The position numbers and the translations under genes are program-made. Below are positions 53,557 to 64,000 of a stretch of 64,000 nt of DNA, piece after piece. Positions within the stretch are counted from its first letter, which is position 1. Each line of letters opens with the position of its first letter. The stretch lies in NCBI GenBank assembly GCA_964016885.1, contig OZ024743.1:33728001-33792000 (forward strand), in the 5' to 3' direction. Under the pieces are notes generated by a model that worked only from the letters and a program-made list of their open reading frames with translations, did no database searches and was not told where the DNA came from. The stretch comes from Eledone cirrhosa. Lineage: Eukaryota.

Positions 53557-55101
53557 TTAGACTTTTATGAAGTTTCAATAATTTTACAAGTTGAAAATGT
53601 ATTTGATAACAGTTGCAAATAACTAATTTATAGAGTCTGTTGAATGGCAATATATTGAAGAATTAACTTACAAATCAAATTGTAACTCTGAAATTTGAGG
53701 ATACAACAAAACTGAAACCCCCTCCCCATGAAACTAAAAGTTATCAAATATATTTTCAACCTGAATTCAGTTTAATTTGATGACAGGTAAAATGCATTTT
53801 TCTATAATTGCCTTTGCACTCTGTTATCTCAAGGAAGTACAGATTTTTAAATTTCAAGCAATCATTTTACATTTTAAATAACCCTTTGAATATTTTGTCA
53901 TGGTACTAAAAATATCCAGTTTCTGAAGGCACCTCAATCACATATTGTAAAACAAATGCTAATTCTCATTAATAATATTGTATAGTATTTCAGGTCATTT
54001 CTAAAGAAGAAATTGTGCTCTTAGCCAGTTATGTCATTATTTACTTCCTGTATTCCTTATATATGCCCATTTTATGTGTCATTTCCTATTCTAATATATA
54101 TTCTATCCCATTTTTGTAATTTTACATCCTCTATGTATAGAATCGCAATTTTTTCCCACGTTTGCTCTTGTTCTAAATGATTCTTTCAACAATTATTTAA
54201 AAAAAGATACAAAACACTTACGTACATTCAACACCACACAAACATCTGTACTGTACCACTGCAATATTGTTATATACCCATGTTATGAAATTGAGAAGGT
54301 AACATATTTTTCCTGCTTTGATGCAGCAGCATGCTGGGTATTTCTCACCTAGAACAAAGGGAAAACACTGCATTCATAACCAGGTAAGCTGTGAACATAA
54401 CCTCCTGCTTGCCAGCCCCAACATTCTACCTATTAGCACTTTCTCACCTTGGTGTCAAGGTAAAAATTTCACTGACCACTATATATGCTTGGCATTATCA
54501 TGAGATATTTTCCCCAAAGTTAAATAAATTTACAACATGCATTGGGATAATGATTCATTAAAAATAAAGTCCATTCCATTAAATATTGATAAATTAACAA
54601 AGTGTTCCGCATGTTATTATCAGATTTAACTCTTAACATCCTGTACTGCATGAAACCATATTAGCAAGACATTCTTGAAAAGTATAAAATGGCACTATAA
54701 TTATATCACATTAAAAATTGAATACTGCAAATTTTCACAAGTGTCTGTCTGTTAGTAAATATATTATAAGCATTTCAATTAACAGGACCATTTTGAAATA
54801 TTTTCTGATAAATTATTACATCATGTTAAGAGTTAAATAAAGTTACCTACTTAATTAAAACTAAAATAAATATTTCTTAGTGTAAATATATAATATAACC
54901 TGTAATGAAAACTTTGTAAGTTTTAAAGCATTTGGAAATTTGAAAATATGGTCACCACAATGCAGATAACTAACAATAGTTGATAATTGTAGATAATAAT
55001 TGAATAAATCTAGTAAAGTACACCTGGAGATAGAATAAAATGGCCTTTATTCAATTTATACAACTATTAGATAAGGTTATCAACTATTATTATAATTATC
55101 C

Positions 55102-55202
55102 CGCTGAGGTTAACTTTGCCTTTCATCCTTACGGGGGTCGATAAAATAAAGTACCAGTAATACATTGGAATAATTGCTGGCCTTGTGCCAAAAGTAGAAG
55201 CA
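55102..55202 (+). mobile_element. 5'-truncated SINE family 1 with 16-bp TSD
   Basis: ATTATTATAATTATCC at 55086-55101 and 55203-55218. Confidence 0.85.
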
Positions 55203-55663
55203 ATTATTATAATTATCCACATTGTGTCAACCATATTTTCAAATATTTAATTAGTTTTCATGTGGAAAAGATCTCAAATTACAAGTAAATATTATTTATA
55301 TGATATATTCCAAGCTGGGTGATTTGTGGTGATGGTTGAATATGTGTAGTGGGAGAAAAATAATTTGTATATTGTCCATCTATTGTGGTACCTGGTAAAT
55401 GTCTTTTAACCATGGATGAAAGAATTGTTTTCTTAACCTCTGTTGTGGTTCCATACTGTTTAAATATTTGAATGACTTTAATATTTGCAACGAGTTCGTT
55501 AAGTTGATTATTGCCTGAAAACACAACTTGTATTATTTGCATCTGAATGTAAATGTAAACAACCAGCACTTATATATCCAATACAAAAAAGGTTAGATAT
55601 GGAGTTACTCATGCAATTAATATTATTATTACCATTATTAGTGCTATTATTACCATTGTTGTG

Positions 55664-55700
<37 letters not shown>

Positions 55701-55844
55701 CATATAAGTATTCAAGTGTGGCATGTGTAAATGTTTCAAAACATAAGTTCATAAAGTTCCTACACGCACGTAACATCATCTTATTTTAATTTTAGATATC
55801 AAAATTATCTTAATTACATTTATATAATTACATATAAAAATACA

Positions 55845-55904
<60 letters not shown>

Positions 55905-58635
55905 ATACTTTATTATTGGCATCCATCGGTCTAGAAAGACTATCGATCTGCGCCTGGAGAATTTTGTGTCAGCTGCTGATATGTATATATATGTATGCAT
56001 GCATATAAACATATATATGTATGTATGTATATGTACACATGCATATAAATATATAATGTGTATATATATATATGTATGCATATGTACACATGCATATATA
56101 TATATGTGTGTGTATATGTATGTGTATATATATAAAGTGGAGAGAACCAAAGTTTTTAAATTAAATCCATCTTTAATATCTACAATTGTTTCTATACAGG
56201 TGATAAGCTAGTATGTATATGGAAACAATGAATCAATCAGTTTTAATTAATGATTATTCACATAATATACAAACCACTTGCATATCATCAGTATTATCTA
56301 GAGGCATTGCATTCTACAAAAACATGTGTCAAGGACATTAGCATTATCAGATGTTAAATACAGGTGAGCAATTAAGAAGGCAGGTGAAGCAGGTAAACGT
56401 ATAAATTGATAATTATGGTGAAGAAGTATTTCTTTAGACTTAAACATAAGGCAGTATAGATTATTTTATGTAAGTGTTAGAAAAACATACATTGGTGATA
56501 CGTCACAACTTAGAGAGAGACAAACAGTCCAATAGCCACACCAGTAATTAATTTTTTCAATTAATAGATGTAAAATAGGTAAGTATATAATTATTATTAA
56601 GTTACTCATTCTAATATATCAGAAAATCGGGTGTAGAAAATATAAAGTGGCTTAATAATAACGGCATGCTGAATGATGATATCTAGTGGCAAGTTCAAAT
56701 GAGAAAAACAGTGTAATATTTATGAGGCAGTGTATTTAGGCATAAAATAGTTTGTTTAATTTATGCCCTGTGTTAGTGTGGCTACTTATAAATTACATTA
56801 CTTAATAATTAAGGATCTCTGTGTTGGTTTATGAAAGTACTTCTTGACTTTGTAGATTCTTAATATGAATCAGATAAGCAAAAATGTATTCACATGTATA
56901 AACCTATACAACAACTCGTATACAATTGTTCATATCATTACACTTATGAATACGGAGTATACAGTGTAATCGGTACAGGTCTCAAATCATAACAACATAA
57001 TACTCAGCCATAATTCATTGTTGTATCACAGTATTAAAGTAATTAAATGCGAGGAAATCCATGTCAGGCCTAAAGGACCAATAGCAATAAATAATTTAGT
57101 TACTATTCAATTGAAGTTGACATGTTAGGTTTTTAGTTAAATTATTATCAATATCCACTTATACACACACAAACACACCCACACATATATATAAATACAT
57201 TATATTCATACATATATAAACAAATGCATCACATAGTAGGTTGTAATGTGTGCTGACATGTAATTATAGATTAAATGAGAGGGGGGGGATATTCATTAGG
57301 TTAAGGGATAGTATAAAATGGCCTTTAAAATTGCACTATTAAGGCTTAATTGATATAATATTGTCAAAAGGTGTTGTTCAAAGTAGTTAAGACTCAGTGG
57401 AGGGGTAAGGCTTAAATTTATTATTCATGTGTTTTGTTATTTTCTTAATTTGTTTACAGTGTGTGTGGCTAAAGTTATATTTTATTTTCATGTTTTGTTT
57501 TTATTAAATTTTCTGATTCATTTGTGTGTGCGTGTGTGTGTGTTTACACAAAAACATTGTAAATACATTGAGTTACTTAAATCAAGCCAAGTATCAATCA
57601 ATATATCAATAACTTTGAACCAAATATCAATCATGACACCTAGAGCAACGGCAACTAATGGAGTCATTCTTCGGTGACATTATACATTGCGTGGAAGTTC
57701 TATTCATTTCCAGTTGAAGCAGTCAAATTCTAGGAGAAATTCAGTTAGTTGAACTCTCAAATGAGCCAGAGGGAAGTGCCTGTCACTTACATGTATTCCT
57801 GCACTCTACAGAATGTACTGGGTACATAGAATTATGGTAGCAGCACTAGATTGGCTACTATGTCTTTGACATGACTGAAGAGTCCTCTTGAATCTTTGTT
57901 TGGTAGGTTTTCTACATTTGAATGTTCTTCCTCTCATTAACCACTTTACAGATTGTACTGGGTACATTTTATTGTGGTGCCATAAAGTCAGTAAAGACAA
58001 AAATTATATATAATCAGCAACCTGATTAAGAAAGTTGTATTTCACCCCAACATTCAGTCAACCACTAAGAGTTCCATTGAAACCCAAGGGTGGTATTGAC
58101 CTCTCTGGGGACCCTTAGTTTGTACCATAGTGTCTCTAGGTACTTTATGATGCCAAAGAGAGTATTAGTGACACTTAAACTGTCATTAGGTTGTTGACAG
58201 ATATTATTGAAATTAGCAACAACCTAATGGCCACCACACACACACACACGTTTGTTTGTATATGCGATGTCTTCATTCATTTTTTGTTTCAATACTTTGT
58301 GAGTCTGTGTGTGTGTGCATATAAACCATGAATGTGTGTGTGTGTATGTATGGATTAAAATAAAAAACAGGTAAGAATAAAACAGGTACATTGTATGAGA
58401 AACAAACACAAAGCCTCAAAAAGGGAACTCTTTGAAAGGTCACAGAAGTGTGATGAAAGACTTTAATAAACAAATTTATGAATTAACTATCTAATTAGTT
58501 AATTCAATCTAAAATAGAAATGAAGTACAGTCAGTGCATGTGTTGTATTGAGAAACTGATTCTTTCAAAGTTTGGGCACTCAATGCAATACATTTGGTAT
58601 TACATCATAGTCGGTATTCTTAAGAAGCAGTGCGT

Positions 58636-58900
58636 TAATAATAATAATGAGCAGGAACGAAGTATCAATATAGCATCACTATGTTTATGCACATCTGACG
58701 CATGTTTTGTGATCAATCAGCTCAAGGTACGATCTACATTCATTAAGGAATCCACAAGTTTGATGAGTTATCAATTCCATAGTCAGGCCCAGTCGATACT
58801 GATCATACCTTGAGTTGATTGATCACAAAATACATGTCACACCTGAATAAACATAATGATGCTATATTGATACTTTGTTCCTGCTCATTATTATTTATTA
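58636..58900. repeat. ~98-bp imperfect inverted repeat with 66-bp spacer
   Basis: 58636-58734 pairs with 58801-58900. The outer ends are (AAT)n and (ATT)n. Confidence 0.8.
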
Positions 58901-58950
58901 TTATTATGTGTGTGTTTTTGTGTATATATATATATATATATATTATATAT

Positions 58951-59995
58951 AATATTGTTATACTTGGGGAGGGTCATATTTGTGTAATAATATTGCCAGA
59001 ATTAATAACAGAACACACTCACTGTTTGGTTGGTTTTCACTTCTGTGTCTTTTATATCGGTTAATTCAATTTATTCGGTCCTCAATGTTACCATTGACTG
59101 ATCAACGGTCAAAAATACAGATATAATATAGACACAAACACGTATATATAGTCTAACAAAGTTATTTCGTTGCAAATCTGCAACCTCGTCAGTGGTGTTT
59201 GGGTGTTGTTGTTATTTTGCTGGCCTCTCTGATTTGCCTATCTGCTGGGTCATTTCTATGTTTAGATATTATTCTAATTTCTATGTTGTCTATATTACCG
59301 TTGTGTTGTTGTCTGGCATGTTCGTATACGAACATGCCAGACAACAACAAATCAGAGAGGCCAGCGAAATAGAACTTAGAAGGCCAAGGCTAAACAGAAA
59401 AAATGAATGGAATAACAACAACACCCAAACAAACAATACTGACCTAAGAGAAGTGTAAATAAATAAATAAATACATACACAAGCACAATAACAACAAACA
59501 AATATAAACACACACTAGTAAACTAAGATAGAATACAATAACCAATACACAGTCACCCAAACACGAACACCCATCAAAAACTATACACACACGCAAACGC
59601 ATGCGCAGAGAAGACAAAAAAAAAAATAAATAAATAAATAAATAAACAGACGAAATAAAGATGGCATAGGCATACAATATAACGGGAGGAAATATAATAG
59701 CACCACACGATGTTGCAGATGTGCAACGAAAGAACTTTGTTAGACTATATATATATATATGTGTTTGTGTCTATATTATATCTGTATTTTTGACCGTTGG
59801 TCAGTCAATAGTAACATTGAGGACCGAATAAATTAAATTAACCGATATAAAAGACACAGAAGCGAAAACCAACCAAACAGTGAGTGTGTTCTGTTATTAA
59901 TTCTGGCAATATTATTACACAAATATGACCCTCCCCAAGTATAACAATATTTGTTTCGACACACGATTTCATATCAAAAACCTCGCAAAACTAAT
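58951..59995. mobile_element. Palindromic 5'-truncated Penelope-like retroelement (GIY-YIG C-terminus, 3' UTR and pLTR-like arms)
   Basis: ~245-bp inverted arms at 58951-59196 and 59701-59951, with a perfect 46-bp palindrome at 59304-59349. The two arms together encode YEHARQQHNGNIDNIEIRIISKHRNDPADRQIREASEIELRRPRLNRKNEW, matching the H...H / RxIxEAxxI...PxLN C-terminus of PLE GIY-YIG endonucleases. Confidence 0.75.
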
Positions 59996-60149
59996 TATAT
60001 ATAATATATATATACATATTATATATAATATATAATATATATAAAGGATAACAAAAAATCGTTATAGACTGCAAATAAATCCCCTTTTTTGTACTGTTGA
60101 CCATGTTATTCTCCACCTTTTCAATTATATAATATATCTATATATATAT

Positions 60150-60182
<33 letters not shown>

Positions 60183-60239
60183 ATGTATATATATATATTA
60201 TATATAATGTATATATATAATGTATATATATATATATAT

Positions 60240-60584
60240 GGAGGCACATGGCTTAGTGGTTAGAGCATTGGCCTTGCAATCGAAAGGTTGTGAGTTCAAT
60301 TCTCAGACCGGGTGATGTGTTGTTTCCTTGAGCAAGACACTTTATTTCACATTGCTCCAGTTTACTCAGCTGTAGAAATGAGATGATATGGACTTGAGTC
60401 CCTATCATTCCACTGCAAAGTGGTCGTGGAGGTGCCACGGCAAAAAAGCACCCAGCACTCACTGTAAATGAGGTTGGTGTTAGGAAGGGCATCCAGCTGT
60501 AGAAATCAAGCCAGAATCAGTTCCCGTCCCACCCTTGCAAGCAGGGAAAAGTGGACGTAAAATGAAATGATGATGATGATGATG
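60240..60584 (+). mobile_element. tRNA-derived SINE family 2, full length
   Basis: Nearly identical to 19191-19535, with a (GAT)n tail. Confidence 0.9.
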
Positions 60585-61385
60585 AATATATAATGTATAT
60601 ATATATATAATATATAATGTATATATATATATTATATATAATATATAATGTATATATATATATTATATATAATATATAATGTATATATATATATATTATA
60701 ATGTATATATATAATATATAATATGTGTGTATATATATATAATATATAATGTGTATATATATATATATAATATATAATGTATATATATATATAATATATA
60801 ATGTATATATATATATATTATATATAATGTATATATATATATTATATATAATGTATATATATATATATATTATATATAATGTATATATATATATAATATA
60901 TAATGTATATATATATATATTATATATAATGTATATATATATATTATATATAATGTATATATATATATATATTATATATAATGTATATATATATATTATA
61001 TATAATGTATATATATATATTATATATAATGTATATATATATATATTATATATAATGTATATATATATATTATATATAATGTATATATATATATATATAT
61101 ATTATATATAATGTATATATATATATATATATTATATATAATGTATATATATATATTATATATAATGTGTATATATATATATTATATATAATGTATATAT
61201 ATATATTATATATAATGTATATATATATATTATATATAATGTATATATATTATATATAATGTATATATATTATATATATTATATATAATGTATATATATA
61301 TATTATATATAATGTATATATATATATATATTATATATAATATATATATTATGTGTAATATATATATATATGTATGTATATATAT
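60585..61385. repeat. AT-rich minisatellite, unit about TATATAATG(TA)nT
   Basis: Tandem units of about 22-28 bp with variable (TA)n length. Confidence 0.92.
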
Positions 61386-61392
61386 TTAATAC

Positions 61393-61590
61393 AGAAAAAG
61401 GCTTCTACAGGACTAAAACTGTTTCATTCGGGAGAAATCCTCAGGAAGCCGACTATAATATGGTGGTAATTGGTGATTTCTCCCGAATGAAACAGTTCTA
61501 GTCCTGTAGAATCCTTTTCTATATTAAATATTTATACTTTTCTTTGTATTCAGCACCTTACTTACTGTGGTTACCCCCAATTGAACCTGG
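61393..61590. mobile_element. Head-to-head inverted copy of hammerhead-bearing repeat family H3
   Basis: 61393-61439 is the near reverse complement of 61475-61520. The right arm continues with sequence shared with 47474-47550. Confidence 0.65.
61400..61450 (-). ncRNA. Type I hammerhead ribozyme
   Basis: Minus strand reads GGCUUC-CUGAGGA-UUUC UCCC GAAU-GAA-ACAG UUUUAGUC CUGU-A/GAAGCC. Perfect 6-bp stem I, 4-bp stem III and a GUA cleavage triplet. Confidence 0.78.
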
Positions 61591-63810
61591 AATAAACTTA
61601 TATGAACTGATAGATAGACAGATAAATGTAGTGTGTTGGAGAAAGAGTTGTGATAAACATATGCATACAGTTAGCTAATATTTCTCTTTCTGGAACTGAT
61701 TTGAAATTGACATTCAAAATTTTATTATTTCTTAATTTACCGACCCTGAGAAATATTGTTGGATAACATCCATGAGCTCGGCTGGTCTCCAGCTGAATCA
61801 GTTGGAGACAGTTGCTTCTGATAGGTCCCACTGGAAGGAGTGTTTGAAGAACCACCTCCCCATAACCTAGGAATAAGTGGGTGGAGAAGAACTAACTAAG
61901 GAAGAAAAGAAATGTTGACTTTGGTGGGATTTAAACTAGCAAAGCATTAGTCTTGGGCTCTAACAACCCTGCTAATTCACCAAGTCTGGGTTAACTATTC
62001 TTTTATGTTCACGATTAAACACCTTATTGACAAATATTTTGCATATTGGATTTTAATATCATCATTTTACATCTGCTTTCACATTTTGTATGAATTGTTA
62101 CAGATCAAGTCAGTATCTTCTAGACTGGTGGGGGAACCTCGTCTCCTTTAATACATCTCATTTTTGGCATGAATTCTTTGGCTGGATACCCTTCCTAATG
62201 CCAACTCCTTTTCAGAGTGTACTGGATGCATTTTATCATAGCACCAGCTATAACAAAATTGTATACAAAAATACTTTGAGAGCTATTGTATAAAGAGAAT
62301 TTCTTAAATTATCTTGAAATAGAACATCTGAAAATGAAAAAAAAAATTAAATCTATTAAGATATTTTGGAATAAATATAAAAATGAAGTTGATTTATTCT
62401 GGTGAGCTATACTGTGTTAAAATGTTGTTTTAAATTGAAACACTTGACTAACTTGCATTCATTTATAACACAGTTGTTACTCTAAAATAGGATACTGTTT
62501 AATATTTTTGCAATTAACTAAAGTAGACATAGCTTTAATTATCTTATTTCATTTCTTTGCTGATATTAAGATTGAACTTATCAGCATTAATAATTGAGAA
62601 ATAGGTGATGCAGTTTTGGAATGAGAAAATATTTACTATATTAGCTATACATTTCATCAAACATGAGGTCAAGACAAGATTGAAATTTTATTGAAACTCT
62701 ATCTTTCTACAATAAGCTGTGTATACAATAAAATATGAAAGTAATGTTTAAGCTTTTCATAACCATATTTCTAATGAAATAATTTTTACAAAGTAATCAA
62801 GAACTTGAAGGGATGTAGTAATATAACTAACCTTCTCATTATCAAGTCAGTGTTTGGAACATAACTTAACAAAAGTTCTTTCATAAATTTTTGATGGAAC
62901 TGTTTTTAGAGAAATATAAACACTTTAAAGCAGTTTTAAATGGTAGAACCAATGGTAGTTTCAGATGATTTGGTAGATAACTACTAGTACTTTATTAATA
63001 ATTAATCTGAAAACATATTGATTCATATAGATTAATTATTGGTGCCTATAATAGTGTGCGAATATAAAATATGGGTAATCTTTCAAGAAATTAGTTTGAT
63101 TTTCTAGTTTGGTTTTCTATTTTTCTTCAGCTTCATTTATCTGTCCTGTAGTAATAATTGATGCTATTTTATGAAACTGTGTCCCAAGCAAGGGCAACTA
63201 CTTATGAAACAAATGTGCTATAACATAAACATATTACTTTTAAAACAAATCCAATAATCACTGCTTCTATTCCATTCTTTCTGTTATGTTTTCTTGTCAA
63301 ATAATAAAGAAAGAGTAGAATTATAGAATTAAAGGGATTCTTTCAAACTACTGAAATAAAAACAATTTCAAACAACCAATACATCATTAGTGTTAGAATT
63401 ATTAAGGACAAACTGCCTAATTCTGCTACATAAAGTTATTGACTTCTTTTTGTGGCCATTAACTAATATTTATTTTGTAAGGAATAGGCTAATTCTTTTT
63501 ATATCGATTCTAAATTAAAATTATCTCAGTTTGATTTGTATTCTTGTTTTGGGTCGATTTTATCAATGTGTTTCAGTTGATTTCATATTTCCTATCAATG
63601 AAAAAGAAAATCAATATGATAAAATTACCTATGCTACACCCTCTCATTTCTTCCTTTCTTAACCTTTCCGCTTCTCTGTAGCTCCTCTCTAACCTCACTG
63701 TTGAGTGTTTACTGACAGAATCTAGCCATAAATACATTTACTCATAGTCAAACCACCAAGCATGAAAATAAAATGGATGTAAAAGAATAAAATTCAAAAG
63801 CAGAACTTAT

Positions 63811-64000
63811 CCCTTTAGTATTTAAACTGGCCGTATCTGGCCAGAATGATCTCACCCCTTTCTGCTCAAACCAGCTGTAACTAGTTGTAACTGGTTGTAG
63901 ATACTGTCAAAATCTCACAGATTCAATATTGTGTGAAATAATTATGTGAGCTAAAGTCTTTACTGTGAAAATATAATAGTAAATATAGAGGAATGTAAAT
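63811..64000 (-). mobile_element. piggyBac-type MITE family A, cut by the window edge
   Basis: CCCTTTAGTATTTAAACTGGCC... matches the reverse-orientation copies at 29341 and 53336. Confidence 0.8.

Noticed and set aside
55915-55956. GGCATCCATCGGTCTAGAAAGACTATCGATCTGCGCC, reminiscent of an RTE-clade 3' end in reverse
   Set aside because: Only about 40 bp and recognised from memory alone, which is not enough to annotate.
60749-61111. 120-aa Tyr/Ile-rich ORF and regularly spaced repeats (CRISPR-like periodicity)
   Set aside because: A pure AT minisatellite with no unique spacers, in a eukaryotic context.

Overview
AT-rich, microsatellite- and SINE-dense animal genomic DNA. The repeat landscape suggests an octopod cephalopod; this is an inference. 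The window carries five + strand coding exons (14846-14943, 26610-26753, 32282-32464, 39072-39325, 40094-40232) of a still life/TIAM1-type Rac GEF. They cover the end of the PH domain, the coiled-coil/Ex region, a linker and the probable start of the RBD. The rest is presumed intron, filled with two tRNA-derived SINE families, two piggyBac-type TTAA MITE families, a 5'-truncated R4/Dong LINE inserted in a (TAA)n tract, an internally deleted Helitron, and decayed Tx1/L1 and Jockey/CR1-like relics. The most notable observation is a set of at least four sequence-unrelated small elements built around type I hammerhead-ribozyme folds. Three look intact (34886-34931 -, 47421-47473 +, 61400-61450 -) and two are degenerate (about 44.3 kb and 59.2/59.7 kb). 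Most are arranged as head-to-head inverted repeats, and one is physically linked to a Penelope-like GIY-YIG endonuclease C-terminus inside a ~1 kb palindrome. Nearly all other ORF-track entries are spurious. All analyses were done by eye, with no searches or folding programs run.
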